DNA from: Candidatus Methylomicrobium oryzae
Lineage (GTDB): Bacteria; Pseudomonadota; Gammaproteobacteria; Methylococcales; Methylomonadaceae
Direction: 5' to 3'
Assembly: GCF_016745425.1 (NCBI RefSeq)
Contig: NZ_JAERVK010000004.1
Coordinates: 221,721-245,720, forward strand
DNA length: 24,000 bases
This document shows, one piece after another, positions 1 to 8,960 of the stretch. Position numbers and translations under genes: made by a program. Below the pieces are notes generated by a model. That model saw only the letters and a program-made list of their open reading frames with translations. It made no database searches and had not been told where the DNA came from. Position 1 is the stretch's first letter. Each line of letters starts with the position of its first letter.

Positions 1-74
1 TTAATACGGAAAAGAGTATGATCTTTTTTCACCTGATTTTCGAATATAACTAAAAAAATTCATGAGGAGGCGAT

Positions 75-281
75 ATGGGTGAAGTTACCGAACTTTTTCT
101 GGTCATGCTGGTACTCGCGGCGGGCGCGTTTGCGCCACTCGGCTATTTTATCTATAAATTTTCGCAAACCAATGCGAAACCCTTCGGCGAAACCGAACCG
201 CATGGCGATAGCCCTTCGGTGATCAACGATTTTGCCGAAAAGGCCATCGGCCTGATCAAAGGCCTTGTCCGAGGAAAATAA
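75..281 (+). CDS. small hypothetical membrane protein (68 aa)
   Basis: ATG at 75 is preceded by GAGGAGG at 64-70. There is one hydrophobic helix (LFLVMLVLAAGAFAPLGYFIY). Codon usage resembles neighbouring genes. No family recognised. Confidence 0.4.
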   Translation: MGEVTELFLVMLVLAAGAFAPLGYFIYKFSQTNAKPFGETEPHGDSPSVINDFAEKAIGLIKGLVRGK

Positions 282-336
282 CAGCCGCCACTGCCTTAAC
301 GGCATTTTCAACAATCGTAACCTGCTTGCGAACCAA

Positions 337-366
337 ACCCGCCGGGTGTTTCGCTACCCGGCGGGT
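337..366. terminator. GC-rich stem-loop, possible terminator between convergent units
   Basis: Perfect 11-bp stem ACCCGCCGGGT (337-347) / ACCCGGCGGGT (356-366) with an 8-nt loop. There is no U-tract on the plus strand and only TTGGTT on the minus strand, so terminator function is uncertain. Confidence 0.3.
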
Positions 367-523
367 ACCGTACGGCAAGTTTACGGAAAAAGCGGCTTAG
401 GATGTGGCTAAAAATAACCTCCCGGCATGCCGCCTGATCCGTTCCCATACGCGGCACGCGTCATGAGACACCTCGTAGGACGGCCCCGGGGTAGAGACGT
501 TCTTTAAATACATAACCACCCGT

Positions 524-613
524 TGTAGGGTACGCTGTGCGTACCATGGGAGGGGGTGAAAAGGTACGCACTCGGCAACTGCTCCCTGCGTTGCTCTAAC
601 TCCTGCCTCCCTG
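524..613. repeat. left arm of perfect 90-bp inverted repeat
   Basis: TGTAGGGTACGCTGTGCGTACCATGGGAGGGGGTGAAAAGGTACGCACTCGGCAACTGCTCCCTGCGTTGCTCTAACTCCTGCCTCCCTG. Contains a sub-terminal hairpin GGTACGC-TGT-GCGTACC at 529-545. Confidence 0.9.
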
Positions 614-665
614 TAGTCGTCGGCAATGGCTCTGTCCATAGACCCCCCTTGTGGTGGCATTGCTC

Positions 666-809
666 TCGATCGCGTGTTCCCGACGCGATCTATCTTCCCC
701 CTCCGTGGGGTCGTCGATCGCGTGTTCCCGACGCGATCTATCTTTCCCCTCCGTGGGGTCGTCGATCGCGTGTTCCCGACGCGCTCTACCTTGTCTTCCC
801 TTGGGCTCG
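666..809 (+). repeat. tandem repeat family A, 3 x 48 bp
   Basis: The unit is TCGATCGCGTGTTCCCGACGCGATCTATCTTCCCCCTCCGTGGGGTCG at 666-713. Copy 714-761 differs at 1 nt and copy 762-809 is diverged in its 3' half. Each unit carries an 8-bp stem GATCGCGT/ACGCGATC with loop GTTCCCG. Confidence 0.9.
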
Positions 810-852
810 TACCGCCTGCATGAATGCCATGGAGGGCGCGAATGCAGCGATT

Positions 853-996
853 GCACGACGGCTGGGATGCAGGAGGGAGGACAACGCAGGGAGCAGTTGT
901 CGACGACGGCAGGGAGGCAGGAGGTAGGGCAACGCAGGGAGCAGTTGCCGACGACGGCAGGGAGGCAGGAGTTAGAGCAACGCAGGGAGCAGTTGC
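853..996 (+). repeat. tandem repeat family B, 3 x 48 bp
   Basis: The unit is CGACGACGGCAGGGAGGCAGGAGGTAGGGCAACGCAGGGAGCAGTTGC at 901-948. Copy 949-996 differs at 2 nt and copy 853-900 at about 7 nt. The last copy lies inside the right inverted-repeat arm, and its reverse complement recurs at 575-622. Confidence 0.85.
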
Positions 997-1047
997 CGAG
1001 TGCGTACCTTTTCACCCCCTCCCATGGTACGCACAGCGTACCCTACA
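958..1047. repeat. right arm of perfect 90-bp inverted repeat
   Basis: Exact reverse complement of 524-613. The mirrored sub-terminal hairpin lies at 1026-1042. Confidence 0.9.
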
Positions 1048-1143
1048 GCTTAGCTCCCGACGGCATTTCCTCGTCCTCGCCGGAAACTCCATCAAGTATG
1101 CCGAACCGAAATCGCCCGGCAGGCGGCAGCCCTTCATTCCGAT

Positions 1144-2349
1144 TCAGGAAATCCCGAAGCTTCCGCAGAACTCGAGCAGGGACTCCAGATTCATCGGCTT
1201 GGCGATAAAATAGCCTTGCGCCAGATCGCACCTCATCGCCTTGAGCGCACTCCAGTCCCGCTCGGTCTCGACGCCCTCGGCGGTGCACTTGATGCGGAGC
1301 TTGTGCGCCAGATCGATGCTCGATTGCACTATGATGCGTAGCGACTCATTATCGGAAAAGCTCCTCACGAAGGTCTGATCGATTTTCAGCTCGCTGAAAG
1401 CGATGCGCGAAATCTGCTGCATGCTCGAATAACCGGTGCCGTAATCGTCTATCGACAGCCCGAACCCGCGCATGCGCAGCCGCGCCAGATTTTCCAGCGC
1501 GTGTGCCACATCGGTCATAGCCGCGGTTTCGGTCACCTCCAGAATAAAGTAACGGGGATCGACAGCCGCCTCGTGCATGACCTGGGTAATCCGGTTCGCC
1601 AGCGCCGTATCGGTCAACGAAGTCAGGGAAATATTGACAGCCATACTCAGCTTATGGCCGCTTTCATGCAATTGCCGACAAGCGGATGCGGCTTTTTTCA
1701 AGATAGTGAAGGTCAAGTCGTCGAGTTTGCCGTTACGCTCGAGTACTGCGATAAACGCATAGGGCCCGATCACGCCATGCTCCGGATGGATCCAGCGGGC
1801 CAGTGCCTCCACACCTTTGATTTGGCCGCTGGCGATGTTTACTTTCGGCTGGTAAAACGGCTCGAACTGATTTTTCCGCAGACCGTCCAGAATATCTTCC
1901 AAAGTAAAACTTGCCGGCCCAGAGGGCGCCACCCTCTCCTGTTTCGGCCAGACGGCCTCATGCTGGGCTATCAGCGTTTGCAGGCGAGACCGGGTTACTG
2001 GTTTTTCTATCGCGCCCAGCAATCGGATTCCGTAGGCACGCGCCATTTCCTCCACCGAAGCGATTAAGGCGGAATCCAAGGCGCTCATGATGATCAGCGA
2101 AATATCGGCGTAATGACTCCCCATATGTCGGAAATATTCCATCCCATCCATTTCCGGCATTTCCAGGTCGCTGAGCACAATGTCGACCGCAGGCGCGGAT
2201 TGCGCCTGCAAAATCTCCAGCGCCTGTTTACCGTCTCCCGCCTGCCGTACCGACTTCGCCCCCATGGACAACAGCATGTCGGCCAGCGTTTCGCGTTGGA
2301 AGTCGTCATCCTCGACTACGAGAAAATGCAATTCATCCGGCTTCATCAT
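1144..2349 (-). CDS. response regulator with EAL-domain c-di-GMP phosphodiesterase output (REC-EAL)
   Basis: N-terminal receiver domain (LVVEDDDF, VLSDLEMPEMDG). The EAL domain has intact EALARW, EVTE, DDYGTGYSS, KIDQTFV, EGVET and QGYFIAKP motifs. AAGGAAAG lies upstream of ATGATG. The gene starts 18 nt after the kinase stop. Confidence 0.9.
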   Translation of the reverse strand: MMKPDELHFLVVEDDDFQRETLADMLLSMGAKSVRQAGDGKQALEILQAQSAPAVDIVLSDLEMPEMDGMEYFRHMGSHYADISLIIMSALDSALIASVEEMARAYGIRLLGAIEKPVTRSRLQTLIAQHEAVWPKQERVAPSGPASFTLEDILDGLRKNQFEPFYQPKVNIASGQIKGVEALARWIHPEHGVIGPYAFIAVLERNGKLDDLTFTILKKAASACRQLHESGHKLSMAVNISLTSLTDTALANRITQVMHEAAVDPRYFILEVTETAAMTDVAHALENLARLRMRGFGLSIDDYGTGYSSMQQISRIAFSELKIDQTFVRSFSDNESLRIIVQSSIDLAHKLRIKCTAEGVETERDWSALKAMRCDLAQGYFIAKPMNLESLLEFCGSFGIS

Positions 2350-2367
2350 CTTTCCTTAAAAACATGT

Positions 2368-5300
2368 TCATTCGGCATCGATCAATCCCGCGACATAACT
2401 TTCAATCTTGCCCGCCGCATCCGTCAGGATGTGAATCCCAAGGCCAGCGGCATCGAAATCGTTCCGCTTCGCGGCTTGCTCGATGACGGCGCAGGCATTC
2501 GCGAGTTCGAGCGCCCCCACCATTCGACTGGCGCCTTTGATACGGTGCGCCATGAGCGCCACCCCGGCCATATTCCCTTCCCTAAAATGCACCTGCAATT
2601 GCTCGCGATCATGGCGCTGATGAAGCTCGAATTTGCGCAGCAGGGCGATCTGCCCTGCCCTATTCGGGACGGTATCGGCAAGCGCGGAAAAATCGACAGG
2701 CGTATCGCCCTCTTGCGGGGCGTCTTCAAAAGATGCCGTTCCTTCGGCCAGGGTATGCCCTTGAAGCCTCTGCAAGAGCATCTCCCGTAACGCACGCAGA
2801 TTGGTCGGCTTGACCATGACTTCATCCATGCCGGCGGCACGGCAGCGTTCGCTCTCCTCGCCCAGGGCATTTGCCGTACAGGCTATAATCGGTATGCGTG
2901 GACGCGACTCCCGAAATTCGGCCTTACGGACGGCACGTGCAAGCTCATAGCCGTCCATGTTCGGCATATGGCAGTCGGTGATAATCGCGTCGATCTGGCG
3001 GCTCCGCCAAATCGCCAAGGCGGCTTCTCCGTCTTGAGCTGCTTCGGCGCGCAACCCCAAAATTTCGATCTGCCGAACCAGGAGCGCAAGATTAACGGGA
3101 TGGTCATCGACGGCCAGCACGACCGGGGCACTGGCCGCATCCGCAGCCAGCGGTTCGACGGCCAACCCCCCAGCCTCCTGGGCGAGTTGTTGTACCGGCA
3201 GGCTCTCGGTCAAAGGCAGGATCAGCGTCAGACTGAAAGTCGAGCCTTGTCCCGGCTCGCTTTCCAGGTCGAGATGGGCATTCATCATTTCGGCGAGGCG
3301 CTTACAGATCGCCAGACCGAGCCCGGTACCCCCGTACATCCGGGCCGTACTCTCCCCTGCCTGAGCATAAAGCTGAAACAGGCGGGCCTTTTGCGCCTGA
3401 TCGATGCCGATGCCGGTATCCCTGACCGAAAAACGTATTTTTTGAGCGCCGTCGAATTGTTCGAGCAATTCGGCGCGTATTTGAACCGAGCCATCCGTGG
3501 TGAACTTGATTGCGTTACTGAGCAGATTGTTCAGGATTTGCGAGAGCCTCAGGGAATCGACAAGATGCGCCGGACCGATCCGCTCATCGACGTCATGTTG
3601 CAGGATCAGTTTCTTCGCGCTGGCCACATGCGCATAGGTATTCACCACATCCTGCGCGAGCTGAGCGATTGAAGTCGCCTGCACCGAGAGCCCAAGCTTA
3701 CCGGCTTCGATTTTCGACCAGTCGAGAATGTCGCTCAGAATCCGCAACAGGCTGTGCCCGGAATCGCGGGCCGATTGCAACGTTTTTTTCTGCTCCTTGT
3801 CGAGCGGCGTAAGAGCGAGCAGCTCCAGCATGCCCAACAGGCCGCTAAGCGGCGTGCGGATTTCATGGCTCATGGTCGCCAGGAACGAGTCTTTTGCGCG
3901 GTTGGCGAATTCGGCTTTTTCCTTCGCCTGCTGCAGCTGCGCTTCGGTTTCTTTGCGTTGGGTAATGTCGCGCACGATGCCGATGAACCGGCGCCCGACA
4001 TCCAGCCACATTTCGCTGACTTTCAGGTCGAGCGGAAAGACGCCGCCATTTTTACGGTGCCCGTGGACTTCGCGAACTCGCTCTATGATACGCACTTCCC
4101 CGGTAGCGAGATAGCGCTGCAAATAGGTGTCGTGTTCATTACGGTAGGGCGGCGGCATCAACATTTTGATGTTTCGTCCGATGAGTTCGTCGCGCGCGTA
4201 TCCGAACATGCGCTCGACGGCAGGATTTACCGTTTCGACGATGCCCCTTTCATCGATCGTAATAATGCCGTCAGCCATATTGTTGAGAATGGTCTGAATA
4301 TGGATAGCACTGTCGCGCAAGGCCTTCTGCGTAGCATATTCTTCAGTGACATCACGAAAAACCAGCACGGCACCGATTACCTCGCCGTCCCGGCTGCGAA
4401 TCGGTGCGCAATTGTCGGCAATCGAACGCTCGGTACCGTCACGGGCAATCAGCACCGTATGATTCGCCAATCCCCGAACCGCACCCTTCGCCAAGACTTC
4501 GATTACCGGAATCGCCATCCGCTGGCGCGTTTCCTGATTGACAATATGAAAGATCTCGGCAACCGGACGGCCTATGGCTTCCCTACGCTGCCAGCCCGTC
4601 AGCTGCTCGGCTCTAGGATTCAAACGCGTCACCCGCCCCGCCGCATCGGTCGTCAATACGGCGTCGCCGATCGAGTTCAACGTAACAAAGAGGTTTTCCT
4701 CGCTAATACGCAGACTTTCGTTCGCCCTGGCCGTCTCCTGCGCACGCAGGTAGACTTCAGCCTCCATTTTTTTCATCCGCTCGCGCAGTTCTTCGGTGAG
4801 CTCGCTTTGTTCAATACCCTGCTGCTTCAGCCGGACAAACTCGGTCACATCTTCGACCCGGTGAATAATATAGGCAAGCGTGCCGTCGGCATCGAAAACG
4901 GGAGAATTCAGCGGACTCCAGTAACGTTCCTCGAACTCGCCGCCTTCCGCTTCCGGCTTGCGAATGTCGTATTTTTGAATGGCCATCGCATGGGCTTTTC
5001 CGGTATGCCGCACGGATAGCAAGGAAGCCTGAAGATTGCGCACGCCATCGGCGGACGGATCGTTAGGATTATCGGGAAAAACGTCGAAAATGCCGCAGCC
5101 GATAATTTCTTCCCGCCGGGTCATGGTGGCGTGCGCATAGTCATCACTGACCGCAACGATATTGAAATCGTAATCCAGCACAAGATACAAGCCTGGCAGG
5201 GATTCGAAGAGCACTCGAAAATCCGGTTCCTGCGCCACTTTGGCGTTCCGTTGAATCGAAAGTTCTCCGTCCCCGATCTTAATCATGAGCGCCGGCTCCG

Positions 5301-5376
5301 CAAACCGAATCCTGACAACGGACTCCCGGTACTTTCTACAACCATATTCGCCCCCCGGCGGGCAAATGCCCGGCAT
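2368..5376 (-). CDS. soluble multi-PAS hybrid sensor histidine kinase (PAS x3, HisKA, HATPase_c, REC, HPt)
   Basis: H-box SHEIRTPL, N-box NLLSNAIKFT, G-boxes DTGIGI and GGTGLGLAICKRL. The receiver has VLAVDDHPVN and ITDCHMPNMDG. The HPt motif is HRIKGASRMVG. No transmembrane segment is seen. The start is ambiguous: ATG at 5376, or ATG at 5286 (MIKIGDG) with GGAG upstream. Confidence 0.9.
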   Translation of the reverse strand: MPGICPPGGEYGCRKYRESVVRIRFAEPALMIKIGDGELSIQRNAKVAQEPDFRVLFESLPGLYLVLDYDFNIVAVSDDYAHATMTRREEIIGCGIFDVFPDNPNDPSADGVRNLQASLLSVRHTGKAHAMAIQKYDIRKPEAEGGEFEERYWSPLNSPVFDADGTLAYIIHRVEDVTEFVRLKQQGIEQSELTEELRERMKKMEAEVYLRAQETARANESLRISEENLFVTLNSIGDAVLTTDAAGRVTRLNPRAEQLTGWQRREAIGRPVAEIFHIVNQETRQRMAIPVIEVLAKGAVRGLANHTVLIARDGTERSIADNCAPIRSRDGEVIGAVLVFRDVTEEYATQKALRDSAIHIQTILNNMADGIITIDERGIVETVNPAVERMFGYARDELIGRNIKMLMPPPYRNEHDTYLQRYLATGEVRIIERVREVHGHRKNGGVFPLDLKVSEMWLDVGRRFIGIVRDITQRKETEAQLQQAKEKAEFANRAKDSFLATMSHEIRTPLSGLLGMLELLALTPLDKEQKKTLQSARDSGHSLLRILSDILDWSKIEAGKLGLSVQATSIAQLAQDVVNTYAHVASAKKLILQHDVDERIGPAHLVDSLRLSQILNNLLSNAIKFTTDGSVQIRAELLEQFDGAQKIRFSVRDTGIGIDQAQKARLFQLYAQAGESTARMYGGTGLGLAICKRLAEMMNAHLDLESEPGQGSTFSLTLILPLTESLPVQQLAQEAGGLAVEPLAADAASAPVVLAVDDHPVNLALLVRQIEILGLRAEAAQDGEAALAIWRSRQIDAIITDCHMPNMDGYELARAVRKAEFRESRPRIPIIACTANALGEESERCRAAGMDEVMVKPTNLRALREMLLQRLQGHTLAEGTASFEDAPQEGDTPVDFSALADTVPNRAGQIALLRKFELHQRHDREQLQVHFREGNMAGVALMAHRIKGASRMVGALELANACAVIEQAAKRNDFDAAGLGIHILTDAAGKIESYVAGLIDAE

Positions 5377-5948
5377 GAATCGGGAAAACTAAACGAAAGT
5401 GATGAGGAAACTCTATCATTGAGGCAGAGGAGCAGGCAGACCTGCCGCCGATTTTCAAAAATAATTATCCATATGAGATCATACCGGAACCATAGTATTT
5501 ACAAGCGTATGAGAGCGGCCGACAAAAACTTCGATTTAACGTCTTGCATTCTACCGAAAATATCTTCAATAGCGCAGCAGACATTCGGAACTTCCACAAG
5601 AATTCCGTCGTGTCTGTCGCCGGGATGCAGGCGACTCTTTTTAAACATTTTTCTTTTATCCCGGCCACTTGCCGAGCATCTTTAATTTAAAAAACCATCA
5701 CAGATAATAATGCCCGTCCAGATTGCCCATGTGCTGCCCCGCCGCCTCTTTATGGGGTAGCGTCAGTCAATTCGCTAGTTCTATTAGTATCCCATGCTCA
5801 ATACCGTGTCAAGTCGTCTTTTTTGAAGCGCCGAAAAAATCCGGTAAATACATGACTTCTACCCCTTATTCGGCCAGCAAATTCGAACACCGCTGGTTTT
5901 TCCCCGTTAGTCTCAGCCTCGCGAAACCTGTCCGCATCGTTCAAAATA

Positions 5949-6704
5949 TCAACTCGAAGCGCCTCTGCCGCAAGCAGGACATTTCGGATTTTTCCTGAAT
6001 CGCATCGTGTTGAACTCCATCGTCAGCCCGTCCAGCAATAGCAGCCGACCGGTCAATGTTTCGCCAATGTCTGTGATCAACTTCATCGTCTCCATCGCCT
6101 GGATGGCGCCGATGATTCCCGTTACCGGCGCTATGACGCCGTTTGTTGCACAATTGAGCGGTTCGTCGCCGTCCATCCGGTAGAGGCAGTTATAACAAGG
6201 GCTGTCGCCTTTGCCCGGCGTAAATACCGCGACCTGTCCCTCGAAACGGATTGCGGCTCCCGACACCAGCGGCGTTTGATGTTTGACGCATGCCCGATTG
6301 ATCGCAAAACGCGTCGCGAAATTGTCGCTGCAGTCGAGCACCACATCCGCAGCTTCGACTTCCTCATCCAGTTCCTCACCGGCGAGCCGCCGCTTGATCG
6401 CCCGGACATCCACATCGGGATTCAGGCGGCTCAAAGTCTGCCGGGTTGAAATGACTTTCGCGATCCCTATATCGTCGGTGTAATGCGCAATTTGCCTTTG
6501 CAAATTGGACAAGTCGACATCGTCATGATCAAAAATCGCCAGATGACCGACGCCCGCCGCCGCCAGATAAATCGAAGCGGGCGAGCCGAGCCCGCCGGCG
6601 CCGACGATCAGCACCTTGGCGGCAAGCAGCTTCTGCTGACCTTCAATGTCGACCTGCGGCAGCATGATTTGCCGGCTGTAGCGGAGGAGTTGGTTGTCAT
6701 TCAT
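5949..6704 (-). CDS. moeB: molybdopterin-synthase adenylyltransferase (ThiF/MoeB/HesA family)
   Basis: LRYSRQI, the nucleotide loop GAGGLGS, LSNLQRQ, and the zinc motifs CYNC and CPACG. Length of 251 aa and collinearity with my recollection of E. coli MoeB. Confidence 0.8.
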   Translation of the reverse strand: MNDNQLLRYSRQIMLPQVDIEGQQKLLAAKVLIVGAGGLGSPASIYLAAAGVGHLAIFDHDDVDLSNLQRQIAHYTDDIGIAKVISTRQTLSRLNPDVDVRAIKRRLAGEELDEEVEAADVVLDCSDNFATRFAINRACVKHQTPLVSGAAIRFEGQVAVFTPGKGDSPCYNCLYRMDGDEPLNCATNGVIAPVTGIIGAIQAMETMKLITDIGETLTGRLLLLDGLTMEFNTMRFRKNPKCPACGRGASS

Positions 6705-6748
6705 GAGTCATACGAATCGGCTAAGGTAAGGGGATAATGCCAAAGAAC

Positions 6749-6776
6749 TTGACAGACTGCAAAACCTGTTTATTAT
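6749..6776 (+). promoter_or_regulatory. sigma70-type groESL promoter
   Basis: TTGACA at 6749-6754, a 16-nt spacer, and TATTAT at 6771-6776. It sits directly upstream of, and abuts, the CIRCE operator. Confidence 0.5.
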
Positions 6777-6802
6777 TAGCACTCATTAAACGCGAGTGCT
6801 AA
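6776..6802 (+). promoter_or_regulatory. CIRCE operator (HrcA binding site)
   Basis: TTAGCACTC-ATTAAACGC-GAGTGCTAA is a perfect match to the CIRCE consensus TTAGCACTC-N9-GAGTGCTAA. It lies 36 nt upstream of the groES ATG. Confidence 0.9.
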
Positions 6803-6837
6803 TAAATTTTTTACCTTTAATTTTTCAGGAGAGATTA

Positions 6838-7125
6838 ATGAAAATACGTCCGTTACACGACAGAGTGATAGTCAAACGCGTTGAAGAAGAAACCAAAACC
6901 GCAGGCGGCATCGTGCTGCCGGGTTCTGCCGCCGAAAAGCCGAGCCAAGGCGTCATCCTGGCGGTCGGCACCGGCAAAGCGCTCGACAATGGTGAAGTGC
7001 GTCCGCTGGAAGTCAAGGTCGGCGACAAAGTCTTGTTCGGTAAATATTCCGGCAATGAAGTCAAGATCGACGGCGAGGAACTTATCGTGATGCGCGAAGA
7101 CGACATCATGGGTGTGCTGGGCTAA
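6838..7125 (+). CDS. groES: co-chaperonin GroES
   Basis: [31 protein letters not shown] is canonical GroES. CAGGAGAG lies upstream of the ATG at 6838. The ORF-track start at 6796 is an upstream extension. Confidence 0.97.
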   Translation: MKIRPLHDRVIVKRVEEETKTAGGIVLPGSAAEKPSQGVILAVGTGKALDNGEVRPLEVKVGDKVLFGKYSGNEVKIDGEELIVMREDDIMGVLG

Positions 7126-8835
<1,710 letters not shown>

Positions 8836-8873
8836 TTGCCCTGCCTGAATAAAGCCTTTTCGCTTTAAATCCT

Positions 8874-8912
8874 AAGCCCCGACTGAATATGAATTCAGCC
8901 GGGGCTTTTTTC
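8874..8912 (+). terminator. rho-independent terminator of groESL
   Basis: 15-bp stem (8874-8888 / 8893-8907, one mismatch) with a 4-nt loop, followed by TTTTTT. Confidence 0.85.
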
Positions 8913-8960
8913 TTTGCAATAGCATGCAATGCGCTAGGCTGGATTGAATGGACCAACGAA

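Larger units (their letters stand above)
524..1047. repeat. composite palindromic repeat locus (long inverted repeat enclosing 48-bp tandem arrays)
   Basis: Hand alignment shows 524-613 is the exact reverse complement of 958-1047. The pairing extends to about 524-627 versus 944-1047 with 2-3 mismatches. The interior consists of 48-bp-period repeats. Confidence 0.9.

Noticed and set aside
397-660. 87-aa minus-strand ORF overlapping the left arm of the palindrome
   Set aside because: It has no RBS and no recognisable motif, and it runs through repeat sequence that is open in several frames. It is best treated as a by-product of the repeat.
666-809. Possible CRISPR array, given regularly spaced hairpin-containing repeats
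   Set aside because: The 48-bp units abut directly with no unique spacers, there are only three copies, and no cas genes lie in the window. This is a tandem repeat, not a repeat-spacer array.
3754-5019. 421-aa plus-strand ORF antisense to the hybrid kinase (similarly 2113-2790 and 2968-3672)
   Set aside because: It is Arg- and Phe-rich and low in complexity, has no domain motifs, and lies fully inside a well-supported gene on the other strand. This is typical antisense openness in GC-rich coding DNA.
5723-5998. 91-aa ORF in the kinase-moeB intergenic region (and 5465-5668 on the minus strand)
   Set aside because: There is no SD and no motifs, the composition is odd, and the 3' end overlaps moeB. 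I could not support any gene or RNA in 5377-5948, although 570 bp is a long spacer.
6705-6837. sigma32 heat-shock promoter upstream of groES
   Set aside because: I looked for CTTGAAA-N13-15-CCCCATNT. Only the sigma70-like TTGACA/TATTAT pair is present.
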